Shown piece after piece: positions 53,105 through 63,946 of a stretch of 63,946 nucleotides of DNA. Below the pieces are notes generated by a model. The model was not told the DNA's origin and made no database searches. It worked only from the letters and a program-made list of their open reading frames with translations. This DNA is from Rhynchobatus australiae (lineage: Eukaryota): the NCBI GenBank assembly GCA_034780895.1, contig JAUZTB010000057.1, positions 26,266,906 to 26,330,851 on the forward strand. The letters run 5' to 3'. Each line of letters begins with the position of its first letter. Within the stretch, counting starts at the first letter, position 1. Position numbers and translations under genes: made by a program.

Positions 53105-54580
53105 GTCATAGAGCCATAAAGTTGTACAGCAAGGAAACAAGCCCTTTGACCCAACTCGTCTTTGCCAACCAAGCCGCCTATCCACACTAATCCCATTTTC
53201 TTGCATTTGGCCCATATCCCTCCATTCCTTTCCTATCCATGTATCTGTCCCAAATTCTATTTAAGCATTATGATTGTATCTGCCTCTACCACCNNNNNNN
53301 NNNNNNNNNNNNNNNNNNNNNNNNNNNNNNNNNNNNNNNNNNNNNNNNNNNNNNNNNNNNNNNNNNNNNNNNNNNNNNNNNNNNNNNNNNNNNTCTACCA
53401 CCTCCTGACAGCTTGTTCCTTATACTCAGCACCCTCTACGTGAAAAACTTGTTCTTCATATCACCTTTAAACATTTCCCCTCTCACCTTCAACCTGTGTT
53501 CTCTAGTTTCAGATTCCCCTACCCTTGAGAAAAGACTATGACTATCTACTCTATCTGTGCCCCTCATAATTTTATAAACTTCTATAACGTCACCCCTCAG
53601 TCTCCTGTGCTCCAGTGAGGACAATCCCAGCCTATCCAATCTCTCCTTATAACTAAAGCCCTCCATTCCAGGCAACATCCTGGTGAATCTCTTCTGCACT
53701 CTTTAAGGCACTACCACATCCTTTTTATGGTGTGGTGACCAGAACCGTACACAATATTCCAAGTGTAATCTAACTAATGTCTTGTACAGCTGCAACATGA
53801 TATCCCAATTCTTATTCTCAATACCCACGTCTCCGAAGTCAAGCAAGCTAAAATGTCTTCACTATCATAACCACTTGTGTTGTCACTTTTAGGGAGCTCT
53901 GAACTCATACCCCAAGGTCTCTCTGTACATCAATGCTTCCAAGGTCCCTGCCATTTACTGTATATGTCCTGCCACTATTAGAGTAGAACATAGAACACTG
54001 CAGCACAGTACAGGCCTTTCATTGTTCCGATATTTTATCCTGCTCTAAGATCTATCTAACCAGTCCCTCCCACATAGTCCCCTATTTTTCTATCATTCAT
54101 GTGTCTATCTAAGAGTCTCTTAAATGTATTTGCCCCCACAACCTCTGCAGGCTGTGCATTCCATGCACCCACCACTCTCTGTGTAAAAAAACTTACCCCT
54201 GACATCCCCCTATACCTTTCTCCAAAAATACATTACCTTACACTTGACTGGATCATATTCCATCTGCCACTATTCCACCCAACTTTCCAGCTGACCTACG
54301 TCCCTCTTATCCTTAGGCAACCATCCTCACTATCTACAACTCCACCAATCTTCGTGGCATCAACAAACATACTTATCAGAGCACAGACATTCTCATCCAA
54401 GTCATTTACATATAAAAAACATATATGTTTACATATATAAACAAACAAAAAAGGAAGTGCCAGCATCAATTCCTGCAGCACGCCACTGGTTACAGACTTC
54501 CAGCCAGAAAAACAACCTTCCGCCACTGCCCTCTCCCTTCTAGCACAAGCCAATTTTGGATCCATTTTTCCAAAACAGCA
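53105..54580 (-). mobile_element. CR1 with a second CR1 3' fragment (~53984-54220) nested inside
   Basis: RFTRMLPGMEG..RLRGDVIEV; FVDATKIGGVVDSE; an internal agaacatagaac tail interrupts the host RT. Confidence 0.88.
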
Positions 54581-55349
54581 AAGGGAAAAGGTCATCAGGA
54601 AGGTGAATGCCACTAATAAAATTTGATTACCTCCTGCAGATTTCATCACTAGCAACAGCATAATTACGTACACATACTGTTTCATACATCACACCTCCAT
54701 TATTCACCCAACAAATCTCAACTACCATTCTTAATGTACATTCACCTGCCCCAATATTCATTCACACTCACATACTTACCATGAATCCTACTCTCAGATG
54801 TTTTACATGCCAGCTATTCAGTCATGGCACGCATATGACACAAACCTATTGCAAGATAGTACTATACTTCCCTGTCTCTTTTACAGAAGGAAATGGTGAA
54901 CAAACAGTGACAACAGCTACAGAGCAAATTATGACCTTACTATATACCCTGAGACTGTTGCATTTAGTGAGAATGCTGGTAACAATGAGTTGGGTGCTAC
55001 AAAGCCCATGGCTAGTGGAAGAACTGAGATCATTAAAAGGATGCTATGCATATATATGATCCTTTGCATATACCCCATTCCCTCTTAGCACAATCCCTTC
55101 TGACTTGTAAGATGCAGAAAGTTCAATTGAGACTCCACTCCTTACATGCCCCACTTCCCACATGACCATACCTTTGTTCTTTATTATTTCAGATGCCCAA
55201 GAAATAATACAAGCAAAGGTCTCAGCCAATGAACCATCAGAAACAGAGAAAACACCTGTCATTTAATCGGTCACCTAGCTCAGAAATTGGCATTTCACAG
55301 ACAATAAGGGAAAGTTTCAAGGCAGAATCTACATGCACATTGCATGCTA

Positions 55350-55670
55350 CCATTGGGTAGGAGGTACAGAAGCCTGAATTCCCACACCACCAGGTTCAAG
55401 AACAGCTAATTCCCTTCAACCATTCGGTTCTTCAACGAACCTCCACAACCCTAATCACTACCTCAATTTCCTGCTTCGACCATTCTGCATGACAATAGAC
55501 CTTTTTTTTGTTATAATTGTGTTCTTTCTTGTATAATTTATGTTTAATTTATGTTTTTCTTGTGAATGTTTTATCTCTAATGCTATGTTCCTCTGATGCT
55601 GCTGCAAGTAAGCTTTTCATTCCCCCTGTGCATACATGCACTTGTGCATATGACAATAAACTCGACTTTG
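55350..55670 (+). mobile_element. Rex1/Babar 3' end
   Basis: Closely resembles 28250-28560 (cacaccaccaggttcaag..gatgctgctgcaag..aataaactcgactttg). Confidence 0.85.
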
Positions 55671-56240
55671 AACCACAGAACAATACAGCACAATACAGAC
55701 CCTTCAGCCCACCACGTTGTGCCATCCACTAAACCACACCTCACAATATCTAACCCTTTCCTTCCGCTTATCCCTCTTCTTCCATATGCCTATCCAACAA
55801 TCTCTTAAACCTGTCCAATGTATCTGCCTCCACCACCACCCCAGGCAGCGCATTCCATGCACCAACCTCTCTCTGAATGAAAAACCTCCCTCTGACATCT
55901 CCCCTGCACTTCCCACCCATAACCTTAAAGCCATGCCCTCTTGTCTTGAGCATTGGTGCCCTGGGAAAGAGGCACTGGCTGTCTNNNNNNNNNNNNNNNN
56001 NNNNNNNNNNNNNNNNNNNNNNNNNNNNNNNNNNNNNNNNNNNNNNNNNNNNNNNNNNNNNNNNNNNNNNNNNNNNNNNNNNNNCGTGGCACCGGCAGCA
56101 ATCCCGAGATTGCTACCCTCGAGGTCCTGTTCCTCAGTCTCCTGCCTAGCTCCCTAAACTCGCTCTTCAGGACCTCATCCCCCTTCCTACCTATGTCGTT
56201 GGTGCCAACATGAACCACGACTTCTGGCTGCTCTCTCTAC
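55671..56240 (-). mobile_element. CR1 3' end (to 55984) and, across a gap, a CR1 ORF1 esterase fragment (56085-56240)
   Basis: KTRGHGFKV..GAWNALPGVVVEAD; VHVGTNDIGRK..RTSRVAISGLLPVP (SGNH GxND block). Confidence 0.88.
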
Positions 56241-56599
56241 TGCTCAAGAGGGCATCAGGTATGAATGGACTTACGCAGTCTAGGGACATAAGTAATGTGG
56301 CAGCTCCCTGCAGGCAGGGGTCACTCACCTATTGTGCTCCAGAGAATTCAGATGAGGACTACAATGGGGCAGGCCATGGACAAAGGATGATGGACATGCA
56401 CACCAAGGTGTTTGGGGCATTGTCAGACCTACCCAAAAGCCAGCATGAGAAAGCCAAAAGCTTTGGAGAATCCAGCTCCAACCTCGTACATGGTTTTGCA
56501 TATACCTAGGAACTCTTTCTTTTTAGCATGGAATTGGTAGCCCTCTATGGATGCAACCATGTTGAAGCATCTGTAGGCTGACATCTCAGTTTCCACCAC

Positions 56600-57130
56600 A
56601 GCACATGCCTTGTATTAAACAACATTCATATGGAAGATATACTGTTATGAGCAACATTCACAGAGAATATACCCTGTAATATCAGTATGAACACACTACA
56701 AAATCCATTATTAACAGCAGCATTCACACTACATGTATCCTGCTTTACGACATTCACATACCCTTTTATAAAGAAGCACTGACAGAGTACATACTTTAAA
56801 AGATCTGCATTTGCAGAGTATGCACTCTTTTGGAAACAAGATTGGCATGGTACATTTCCTATCATAAAGAGCACTTGCATAACATATACTCTGTCCTCAG
56901 CAGCATTTGCATAGGATGAAACATTTCATAAACAGAATTCATACAAGTAATTTTATCAAGAAAGGCATTCATATAATGAGAACCATTTTTGTCAACAACA
57001 TTTGCACAGCACACAACTCTTTCTAAGTCACATTCACATGACATGCATCTATCTAGAAACATTATTTGCACATCACATAGCTCTATAAACAACAGCTGCA
57101 ACACCCATATCCTCCATAAACACTATGCAC
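56600..57130. repeat. Highly degenerate tandem repeat abutting the exon 6 donor
   Basis: Recurring cagcattcaca / gcatttgca / acattcaca motifs at roughly 30-bp spacing. Confidence 0.55.
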
Positions 57131-57153
57131 CCAGAAGTGAGCTTTGTACATAC

Positions 57154-57215
57154 CTCTCTATAAATTTCTGAAAAATTTTTCCCCGTCGACTGTCACAGAT
57201 CTCTTCAATGTATGG
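57154..57215 (-). CDS. GRK3: GRK3 exon 6 (62 bp): PYIEEICDSRRGKIFQKFIE(S)
   Basis: Manual translation; acceptor taccag, donor gtatgt; ends in phase 2. Confidence 0.96.
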
Positions 57216-57639
57216 CTGGTAGAAAGAAATGACAATTAAGTGATAATCAACAGATTGCTTGTGCTGGAATTTTCACAGGATAGTATCGGTGACTGTTGAT
57301 CAGTGGAAGTTTCACAATAAACTACTGTACAGTACACTCACACTCCCTTAAGGAAAAAAAAGTCTATTAATTCTAGTTATGTCATTTTTAACAATAACTC
57401 TAGCTGCTGGCATTATGCAGGATTTTAAAGCAAAAACTGACACATAATATTTCAAATCGTAGCAACACAGAGGGCGTTCTGACTTTGAACTGGAAATTTC
57501 TCCAGTCATTTCACTGCATAGGCTGCGGGATGCAGATGTGTGGGTGGGAAGGAAACAAAGTGCTGCCTGGAGGCCAACTGATAGTGTGTATTGTGGAGAC
57601 TCTGAAATTCTGAATCAAGCTGGTGTCATTTAGGCAGGG

Positions 57640-58080
57640 TTTAGGAGCATAGGGACAAGAATGGGTCAGTTAGCCACACAAGATTGTTCCATCATACTAT
57701 TAAGTCATGAAAGATGGATACATCAAAATTAATTTCATCTCTTTTGCATCATATCCCTTGACACCTATACACAAAAAAAATCTATTGATCTCAGTACTGA
57801 AAATTTCAATTGACCTAGTAACCACAGCCTTTGGGGGAGAAAAGTTCCAGAATATCATTAACTGCTTGCACAGAAAAAAAAACACCCTATAACTACACAT
57901 TTAAATGGCTCCAAGTTTAAAATTACGCCTTCTTGTTCTGGATTTCTAACAATATGATCTTAGCAATTCCTTTATCACCAAAACCTCAATTTCTTCCAAA
58001 CTCAATTTATCCTAATTTAATCCTTTAAACTGAAGTATAATTATGGTGACTCCATGCTGTACCTCCTCCAAGGCTAATTA
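57640..58080 (-). mobile_element. Old CR1 3' fragment
   Basis: FWNFSPPKAVVTRSIEIFSTEINRF..GVKGY. Confidence 0.75.
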
Positions 58081-58194
58081 TTCAAAAATGCAAAAGCAAA
58101 ATATTACAGAAGCTGGAAACCCTGAAATAAAAACAGAAAATGCTGGATATATTCAGCTGGTCAGACAACCAGCTCATTCTCCCCATGGAGCTAC

Positions 58195-58440
58195 AAATCC
58201 TCTATCCCACACCAGGACACACTGCTTCTTCCTTGAACAGAGGCCCAGTTAGCCTCCTCCATCACTATCCTCCTCCAGGCTGAACTTGCTCTCAGAGTGA
58301 ACAATTTATCTTTTAACTCCATTCACTTCCTTCAGATTAAAGATGTAGCTGTGGGAACCCATAATGAATCCAATAAATGCCTGTCCCTTTGTGGGCTACA
58401 TGGAACATTCCTTTTTCATTCAGCCCCATCATTCCCCTCC
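58195..58440 (+). mobile_element. Penelope-like RT fragment
   Basis: FFLEQRP..LLQAEL..NNLSFNSIHFLQIKDVAVGT..ACPFVGYMEH, resembling the PLE RT QxxGxAMG region. Confidence 0.75.
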
Positions 58441-58908
58441 TTCTCTGGCACATGTGAGTGACAGGAGAATCAGGGTGGAGGTGATGGATATGTTTGAGGC
58501 AATAGGGTATGGGGAAATAAGCTGGGGAATGGGGTTCAGAGGATTACTCTGATAGCCAGTATACACTTGGTGGACCAAATGGTCACCTTCTATGTTTAAG
58601 GAAACATGAAATAATTTCTAGCACCTCCAATATAATACCAGATATATCACCACCTTTCCAAGGCTCTGCATAACTAAGGCATCAGTTCTTCCCCTTTTTC
58701 TGGAAACATCACCATAATGGATTGTGTGTCTGACATTCAGCTCCTCCAAAACCTTTACATAATGCCCACTGAAAATCCATGTGGCTTCAAGCAAAAAAAA
58801 TCCTTAGGAAAAAATACAGAGGTATTGAAAACAGAGTTTAAATGTGCTATGAAATCTTTCACATATCAAAACAGCTAAAAACCACAAAAAATGGAAAAAT
58901 ACATATTT

Positions 58909-59629
58909 GGGACTAGATTTTGCATAGTCACGACAGCAACTTGTCAGCTATTGCTGTCATTAGCCCATATAACTGACAGCAGCTTGCACAGATACGCAAA
59001 CTAAAGTCCCCAAATTATAATCAGCAGCACTCCAATACCTGACTCCTTGCAGAACTCGGTGTGACACAAGGAACTTGGGCTAAATGCTTTACTCGCCAGA
59101 ATAATTCTGCACCAGTTTCCAGGAAAGAAAGCTAGTCTTCTATCAGAGATCTTAGTGGAATTGAATGAATGTAATGATCTTTAGTAAGAGCCTGATAAAT
59201 TTAACAAAGACTTTTACATAGATTGTTAATTTAAAAATACTCAATTATGTTTCTTAAAATTGCTAATGTCATGCGAATTTTACTTTTTAAAGAGTTTAAA
59301 TGTGTTTGGAAATTGTGAGAATGTGTTTACAAGGGCTCAAAATTACTTTGTTTTATGTTGAATGTCTCAGTATTTTAAATGATTTAAGAGTTTGAAAGTA
59401 CTATCCATGTCTTTGAATTAGCAGGTTGCCAAATTCTCTCTCAAAATGTGGCAGGCTATGTTTTGGATGCCCTATGTGATGCCCCCTACAATATGGAAGG
59501 CTCTTAAAGACGTGGAAAACTTCACCAGGAGAAACCTGCCAGTTCTTTTTCTGAGAGGATTGCTGAAGCTAAGTTTAAATAGTTTTACCTAGATCAATGG
59601 AGCTTTTTGTTAACTGCAAAACCCAATCC
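58909..59629. mobile_element. Possible non-autonomous DNA transposon with imperfect TIRs
   Basis: ggactagattttgca at the left end versus tgcaaaacccaatcc at the right end (12/15 inverted match); AT-rich interior. Confidence 0.35.
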
Positions 59630-60149
59630 ATAATGTATTCACATTAAATCCAAATGAAGTGGATCAGTTTTAAAGCAAACATGCAACAAAAGAGAAACAA
59701 TTCCTTATATAACCTGTTTTATACAGGATCTAGGTGAATATGGAGTTACTCAGGCATTCCAAAGGCATTAGAGGCACAGCCCAGTCAGGATCTTAATAAA
59801 CTTATATTGTATAATGCCCATAGATTCTTAATTGCCTTGAGTGCTTCTAGATTATGTATACTGGGTGTGTGTATCAAGTTGGCCTCAGTATCCTGTAAGG
59901 CTAGTCACTACTACCTGCCATTAAATATTACATTATGGGTCCCAATGTTGGATCACAAAATGTGATGATGTAAAATAATATATTAGAAGTGGTTACAATC
60001 ATTAGATGAAGATACAAGAGACTACAGGTGCTTTTTGTTACGATTGTTAGCTCTGGACTACTGAATGTACATTAAAGCAGAGAGGCCAGCACATAGCATA
60101 AGATGCCTTTTCACTTTAAGCAAATGTAATACTGCTCATTTAGACAGAC

Positions 60150-60224
60150 CTGGAAGAGACTGGGTGGCACTTGCTTCTTGGCCAAATGGGTTTGCACATG
60201 ATCCACTGCTCGTTTGGAGAAAGG
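60150..60224 (-). CDS. GRK3: GRK3 exon 5 (75 bp): [25 protein letters not shown]
   Basis: Manual reverse-complement translation; acceptor ttgcag, donor gtctgt; not in the ORF track. Confidence 0.96.
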
Positions 60225-60819
60225 CTGCAACAGAATAAGTAGTGGGTTTATTTTAGCATCTCTCCCATACTAAAATATCTAAAAATATTTCTACAAAATA
60301 AATATTTTGACATTCATACTTCCAGCAGGAATGCCAACTTTACATCCAGTTTTTTGCAATTTACTGACCCAATTTATTTCCATTAACATGGATAATATCA
60401 TAGCTTCTCAAGGCTTTCATCATAACTGTAGTCTCTCAATTCTGGTAACATCTTGGTGAACCAACAAATCACTTTGGCATTAGTTTTTCCATAAGAGCTT
60501 GCTCACAAATTTAAACAGTATTGCAAATACAGCCTAATAAATGCCATCCATTGACTAAACAATAAGTCCTTGTTTTTGTAAACGTCACTATCTACAGATC
60601 TAGAATTTTGGAAGACTCAAGGGGTAGAATGGTGGAATTGTTTACACTTTAACAGAAAAGCTAAGATCCTCCAGATGTGGTCCTTGATGCTTATTTCAAT
60701 ATTCCTGGCAAAGGGAAAATACACCTTCTAGTGGTCGTCCGAGATTGAAATGGGAGTACAGTTTAGAGATTGAGGCCTGAAGACACCAAAACATACAAAA
60801 TTCTATTGGTGTTTGACAA

Positions 60820-61605
60820 GGCACTTAAGAAATCAGAACAGAAGTAGACTATTTGGTCCTTTAAGCCAGATTCATCTAGCTCATATCCCTTGATTCCTTG
60901 AAAATCCAGAAATCTACCAACCTCTGTTTTTAATGAACTCAGTGAGTGAGTTTCCATATCCCTCTTTGGTAGAGAATTCCAAAGATTCACCACCTTCTTC
61001 ATCAAGGAATTTCTCCTTAATGCAGTCCTAAAACACACCCCTCACCCTAAATTCCTCAGGTAGGGGAAACAACTGCCTTGCACCTAGCAACGTAAATTTC
61101 AACTAAATCTCCTCTCTTTCTTTGAAACTCCCAAGAATACCAACCTAATCTTTGTAATCTCTTCCCATACAGTAAATCTGGCATCCCTGGAACCAGTCAA
61201 ATAATTCTTTACTGCATGCCCTTTATGGCAAGTATATACAATTTTTTAACGTAGGGAGCCTAACTCTGTACACAACAACCAAGCTGCAATCTTGCCATGG
61301 TCCTTTAAAGGTAAGCACAGAGATGGCACTTGGATGGGTTGTCTAGAACCAGGGGATCACAGATTCAAAATGAGGTGGATGGTCATAAAGGATAAAGATG
61401 AGAAAACAAGTCTTTACCCAGAACAGTGCCATTCATTGGAATTCTCTACCCAAGAAGGCTATGGAGGCTAAGATTCTGGGTAGATTTTTGGATATTAAAG
61501 AATTCAAGGGATATGGGGTTCATGAAGGAAAGTGGAAGGCCCGCCATGATCTTATGAATGGCAGAGCAAGCATAAGGCACTCACTCTAACTTCTAGTTCT
61601 TATGC
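60820..61605. mobile_element. Two CR1 3' fragments in inverted orientation (minus ~60820-61300; plus ~61330-61605)
   Basis: VVNLWNSLPKR..GRFLDFQGIKGY (minus) and HWNSLPKK..GRFLDIKEFKGY (plus). Confidence 0.8.
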
Positions 61606-61816
61606 TCCGAAGGGTTGCTACAGCTGAATGCGGGATAATATGTTGGAGATCATGGCAGAATTTACTGGGGTCTAAAAGTCTCCCCTCCTATATTTAATAT
61701 TGCAGTTATTGACTCCCCAAAACATCAGACATTAGATGTAATGCAAATATACAGTTCAGATCATCATGCAAATGTAAAATTAAGTTTACAAAATATTTAT
61801 ATGTAAGTAAACTCAC

Positions 61817-61918
61817 ATGTGAACAGGAAAGCAGTTCTTTCATTATATATTTATCATAGATCTGTCGACTTCTACATAAACGATCTTCTTCAGAGTCCAA
61901 CTTTTCATAGTCTTTTAT
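61817..61918 (-). CDS. GRK3: GRK3 exon 4 (102 bp): [36 protein letters not shown] domain
   Basis: Acceptor ttgcag, donor gtgagt; phase 0/0; peptide in ORF 61706..61954. Confidence 0.97.
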
Positions 61919-63049
61919 CTGCAATGGAAAAGTATTACTATTTATTATAATCATGTCTTATAAACTGAATATTATTTGAAGATGCAATATAGAAACCCAT
62001 ATCTTACACACAATCTAGTTGTTACTGGGTGTGAGTATTTTCTCCAATAGATTGCTCCCTTTACAAAGTTACTCATGACCTAAAGGGACTGAGGTTTTGG
62101 TCACTTTTCTGGTTTCCTTTGTTTTTTTTAGGTAAATTTATGTTTTCACTCAAACACTTTTATAATTTGTTCTTTCATGAGTCTTCAACATTTTAAAGGA
62201 TAGAAAAGGATTCCCTGGGTAATTTACATAAATACAACTCCATCCGTTTTGGTTGCAATGGTATTTGTAGTAGCAGTGGTAAAATTGTGGAGTGGTAGTT
62301 GGACCCAAATAATTGGAATGTGACAGCTGCGCAGAAAGTTAAAGAAAAATAAAGCCCAGACTGTGGAAGAGCACAACTTAGGCTAAAAAAGGGGAACAAC
62401 CCAATCAAATGCTCAAAAGCACTTCTCAAGCAGCCCAATAACAATTTATAGGAGCATAACAAATAACAATACTGAGTGGTCTTCTCACTTCTAACCTGAA
62501 CAATGTTTACAGTACATTTTCATCTTTATCAACTGGGCAATGATGTGGCAGATTTTATCATCTACATGTGTTAGAATCTGTTTGACTTTTGTCTCATTTA
62601 TTTCAACTGAGCAATCAAAGACACATAAAATAAAAACTAGCAGTTTCAACAGTAGATGGATCATCTGCACTGGCAGATTACAATCCAATCATTGCCAGCT
62701 AGCACTGCAATATTAGTTAACATACTGCTAACAGATCAAAGGATTGCCTGATCTGCCGCCAATACAACCAAAGCTTTTATTTCAATCCCATTGCATAACA
62801 TGACATAGCTGCCTTGTGTCTGCACTATTGTATATCTTAAAGTATGCCTGTCAGCTCTTCGCAATCATATGTCTCATCTAAAGTTGCAAGAAGCAATCAC
62901 AGTTGTGAACCAATGGCTTGGCAAGTAAAGTCCCAGTAAAGCATGAATTTACAAGATACATCAATGCAAGTATGGGTATGCATCACATAATGAGAGGTGA
63001 GCACTACAATAATATAAATCAGTTTAAGAAGTATAAATTTGCCATGTAC

Positions 63050-63178
63050 TTTGTTGACGTTTCAGGTTTACAATTCCTTGCCCCCCACCCCCAACAGATG
63101 CTGCTCGACCCATTGAGTTCCTCCAGCAGTTTGTTTTTTGCTCCAGATTCCAGCATCTGCAGTCTCTTATGTCTCCTG
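63050..63178. mobile_element. Penelope-associated short repeat, same family as 26753-26907
   Basis: cagatgctgctcgacc..gagttcctccagcag..ttccagcatctgcagtct. Confidence 0.75.
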
Positions 63179-63946
63179 TCATGTACTTTGGACAAATGCA
63201 CAACTGTAACACTGTAGTAGAATTTTAAAAGCCCACTCTTCAGCCCCACCCACACAAATCATTTAATATACTATGAACAAAACACGATTTCCTGGAAGTG
63301 AAGGGTCCAGAAGGAGGAAGTGGTTAACTTGGCAAATCTGTAATACCGAACTGCAAACTACCATGGACATTCCTACTTTAGCTTCAACTGTGGTGTATCT
63401 GGGAGCAGACGCATGATGTGCTGTACTGTGGAAAGCCTGTGTTTGTTGCTCTGTTGCTCAGATTTTGGTAGCCATATGAATTTAATGATGCAGGACTCAG
63501 GAAATCAGCAGCTAAAGGAAGCTGGAGGATCTGGATCCAGCAGTTAAGTGCCTTTAGGGGTACTGTGAGCCAGGAGGCATGCAGCTCCTTTACAGCTCCT
63601 GAGCCAAACTTCTCATTATTATGTATCACTGCCTACTCCAACTATATGATCTCTGCCTTTCCATTTCCCTTGACATGCAATCTAACTCCTCTGTGCGCAC
63701 CAGTCCATGATTTCTTCTGGTCCCACTTCTCTCTCAAGTGCCAATATCCAGCATCACCTACACACAATATCTTCCAGTTGCCAGACTGTCACTGAATAAT
63801 CCCCAAGTGCAACCTTATTCTGCAAGAATTTCCACCTGACTACTGACCAATTTAATGGGATGCTGGACATAAGATGATTAATTTCTTTACAAAGCCATGC
63901 ACAACCTTCCTCTCCATTATATATTGCTATGAGAGAAGCACAAGTG

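Larger units (their letters stand above)
1..63946 (-). other. GRK3: Partial gene span of G protein-coupled receptor kinase 3 (beta-adrenergic receptor kinase 2); both gene ends are outside the window
   Basis: 14 minus-strand exons translate to the RH domain, kinase domain and AGC C-tail of the GRK2/3 family. GRK3-type residues: [57 protein letters not shown]. Confidence 0.93.

Noticed and set aside
1053-61918. Calling the gene GRK2, or finding U12-type introns
   Set aside because: Most diagnostic residues match GRK3; all visible donors are U2-type GT and none reads GTATCCTT.

Overview
Eukaryotic genomic DNA (AT-rich, intron-dominated, draft assembly with many N gaps). The repeat complement (CR1 with TTCTATG tails, tRNA-derived V-SINE-like and Deu-type SINEs, Rex1/Babar, RTE, Penelope, Harbinger) suggests a cartilaginous fish, possibly a ray or skate; this is an inference. 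The whole window lies inside one minus-strand gene, G protein-coupled receptor kinase 3 (GRK3/ADRBK2). I located 14 coding exons (4-6 and 8-18, numbered by analogy with human GRK2/GRK3), all with GT-AG ends and frame-consistent phases. Exon 7 is not visible and probably lies in a gap; exons 1-3 and those after exon 18 are outside the window. The introns are full of decayed transposons, including a Tigger/pogo element carrying nested CR1 LINEs and several HARBI1-type Harbinger transposase fossils. I found no convincing new biological system. The best leads concern splicing: an in-frame copy of the start of exon 15 just upstream of the exon 16 acceptor, and a 293-nt AG-free pyrimidine tract with duplicated distant branch-point candidates before exon 18. 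Exon coordinates were counted exactly; repeat boundaries are approximate and family calls rest on motif recognition, not database searches.
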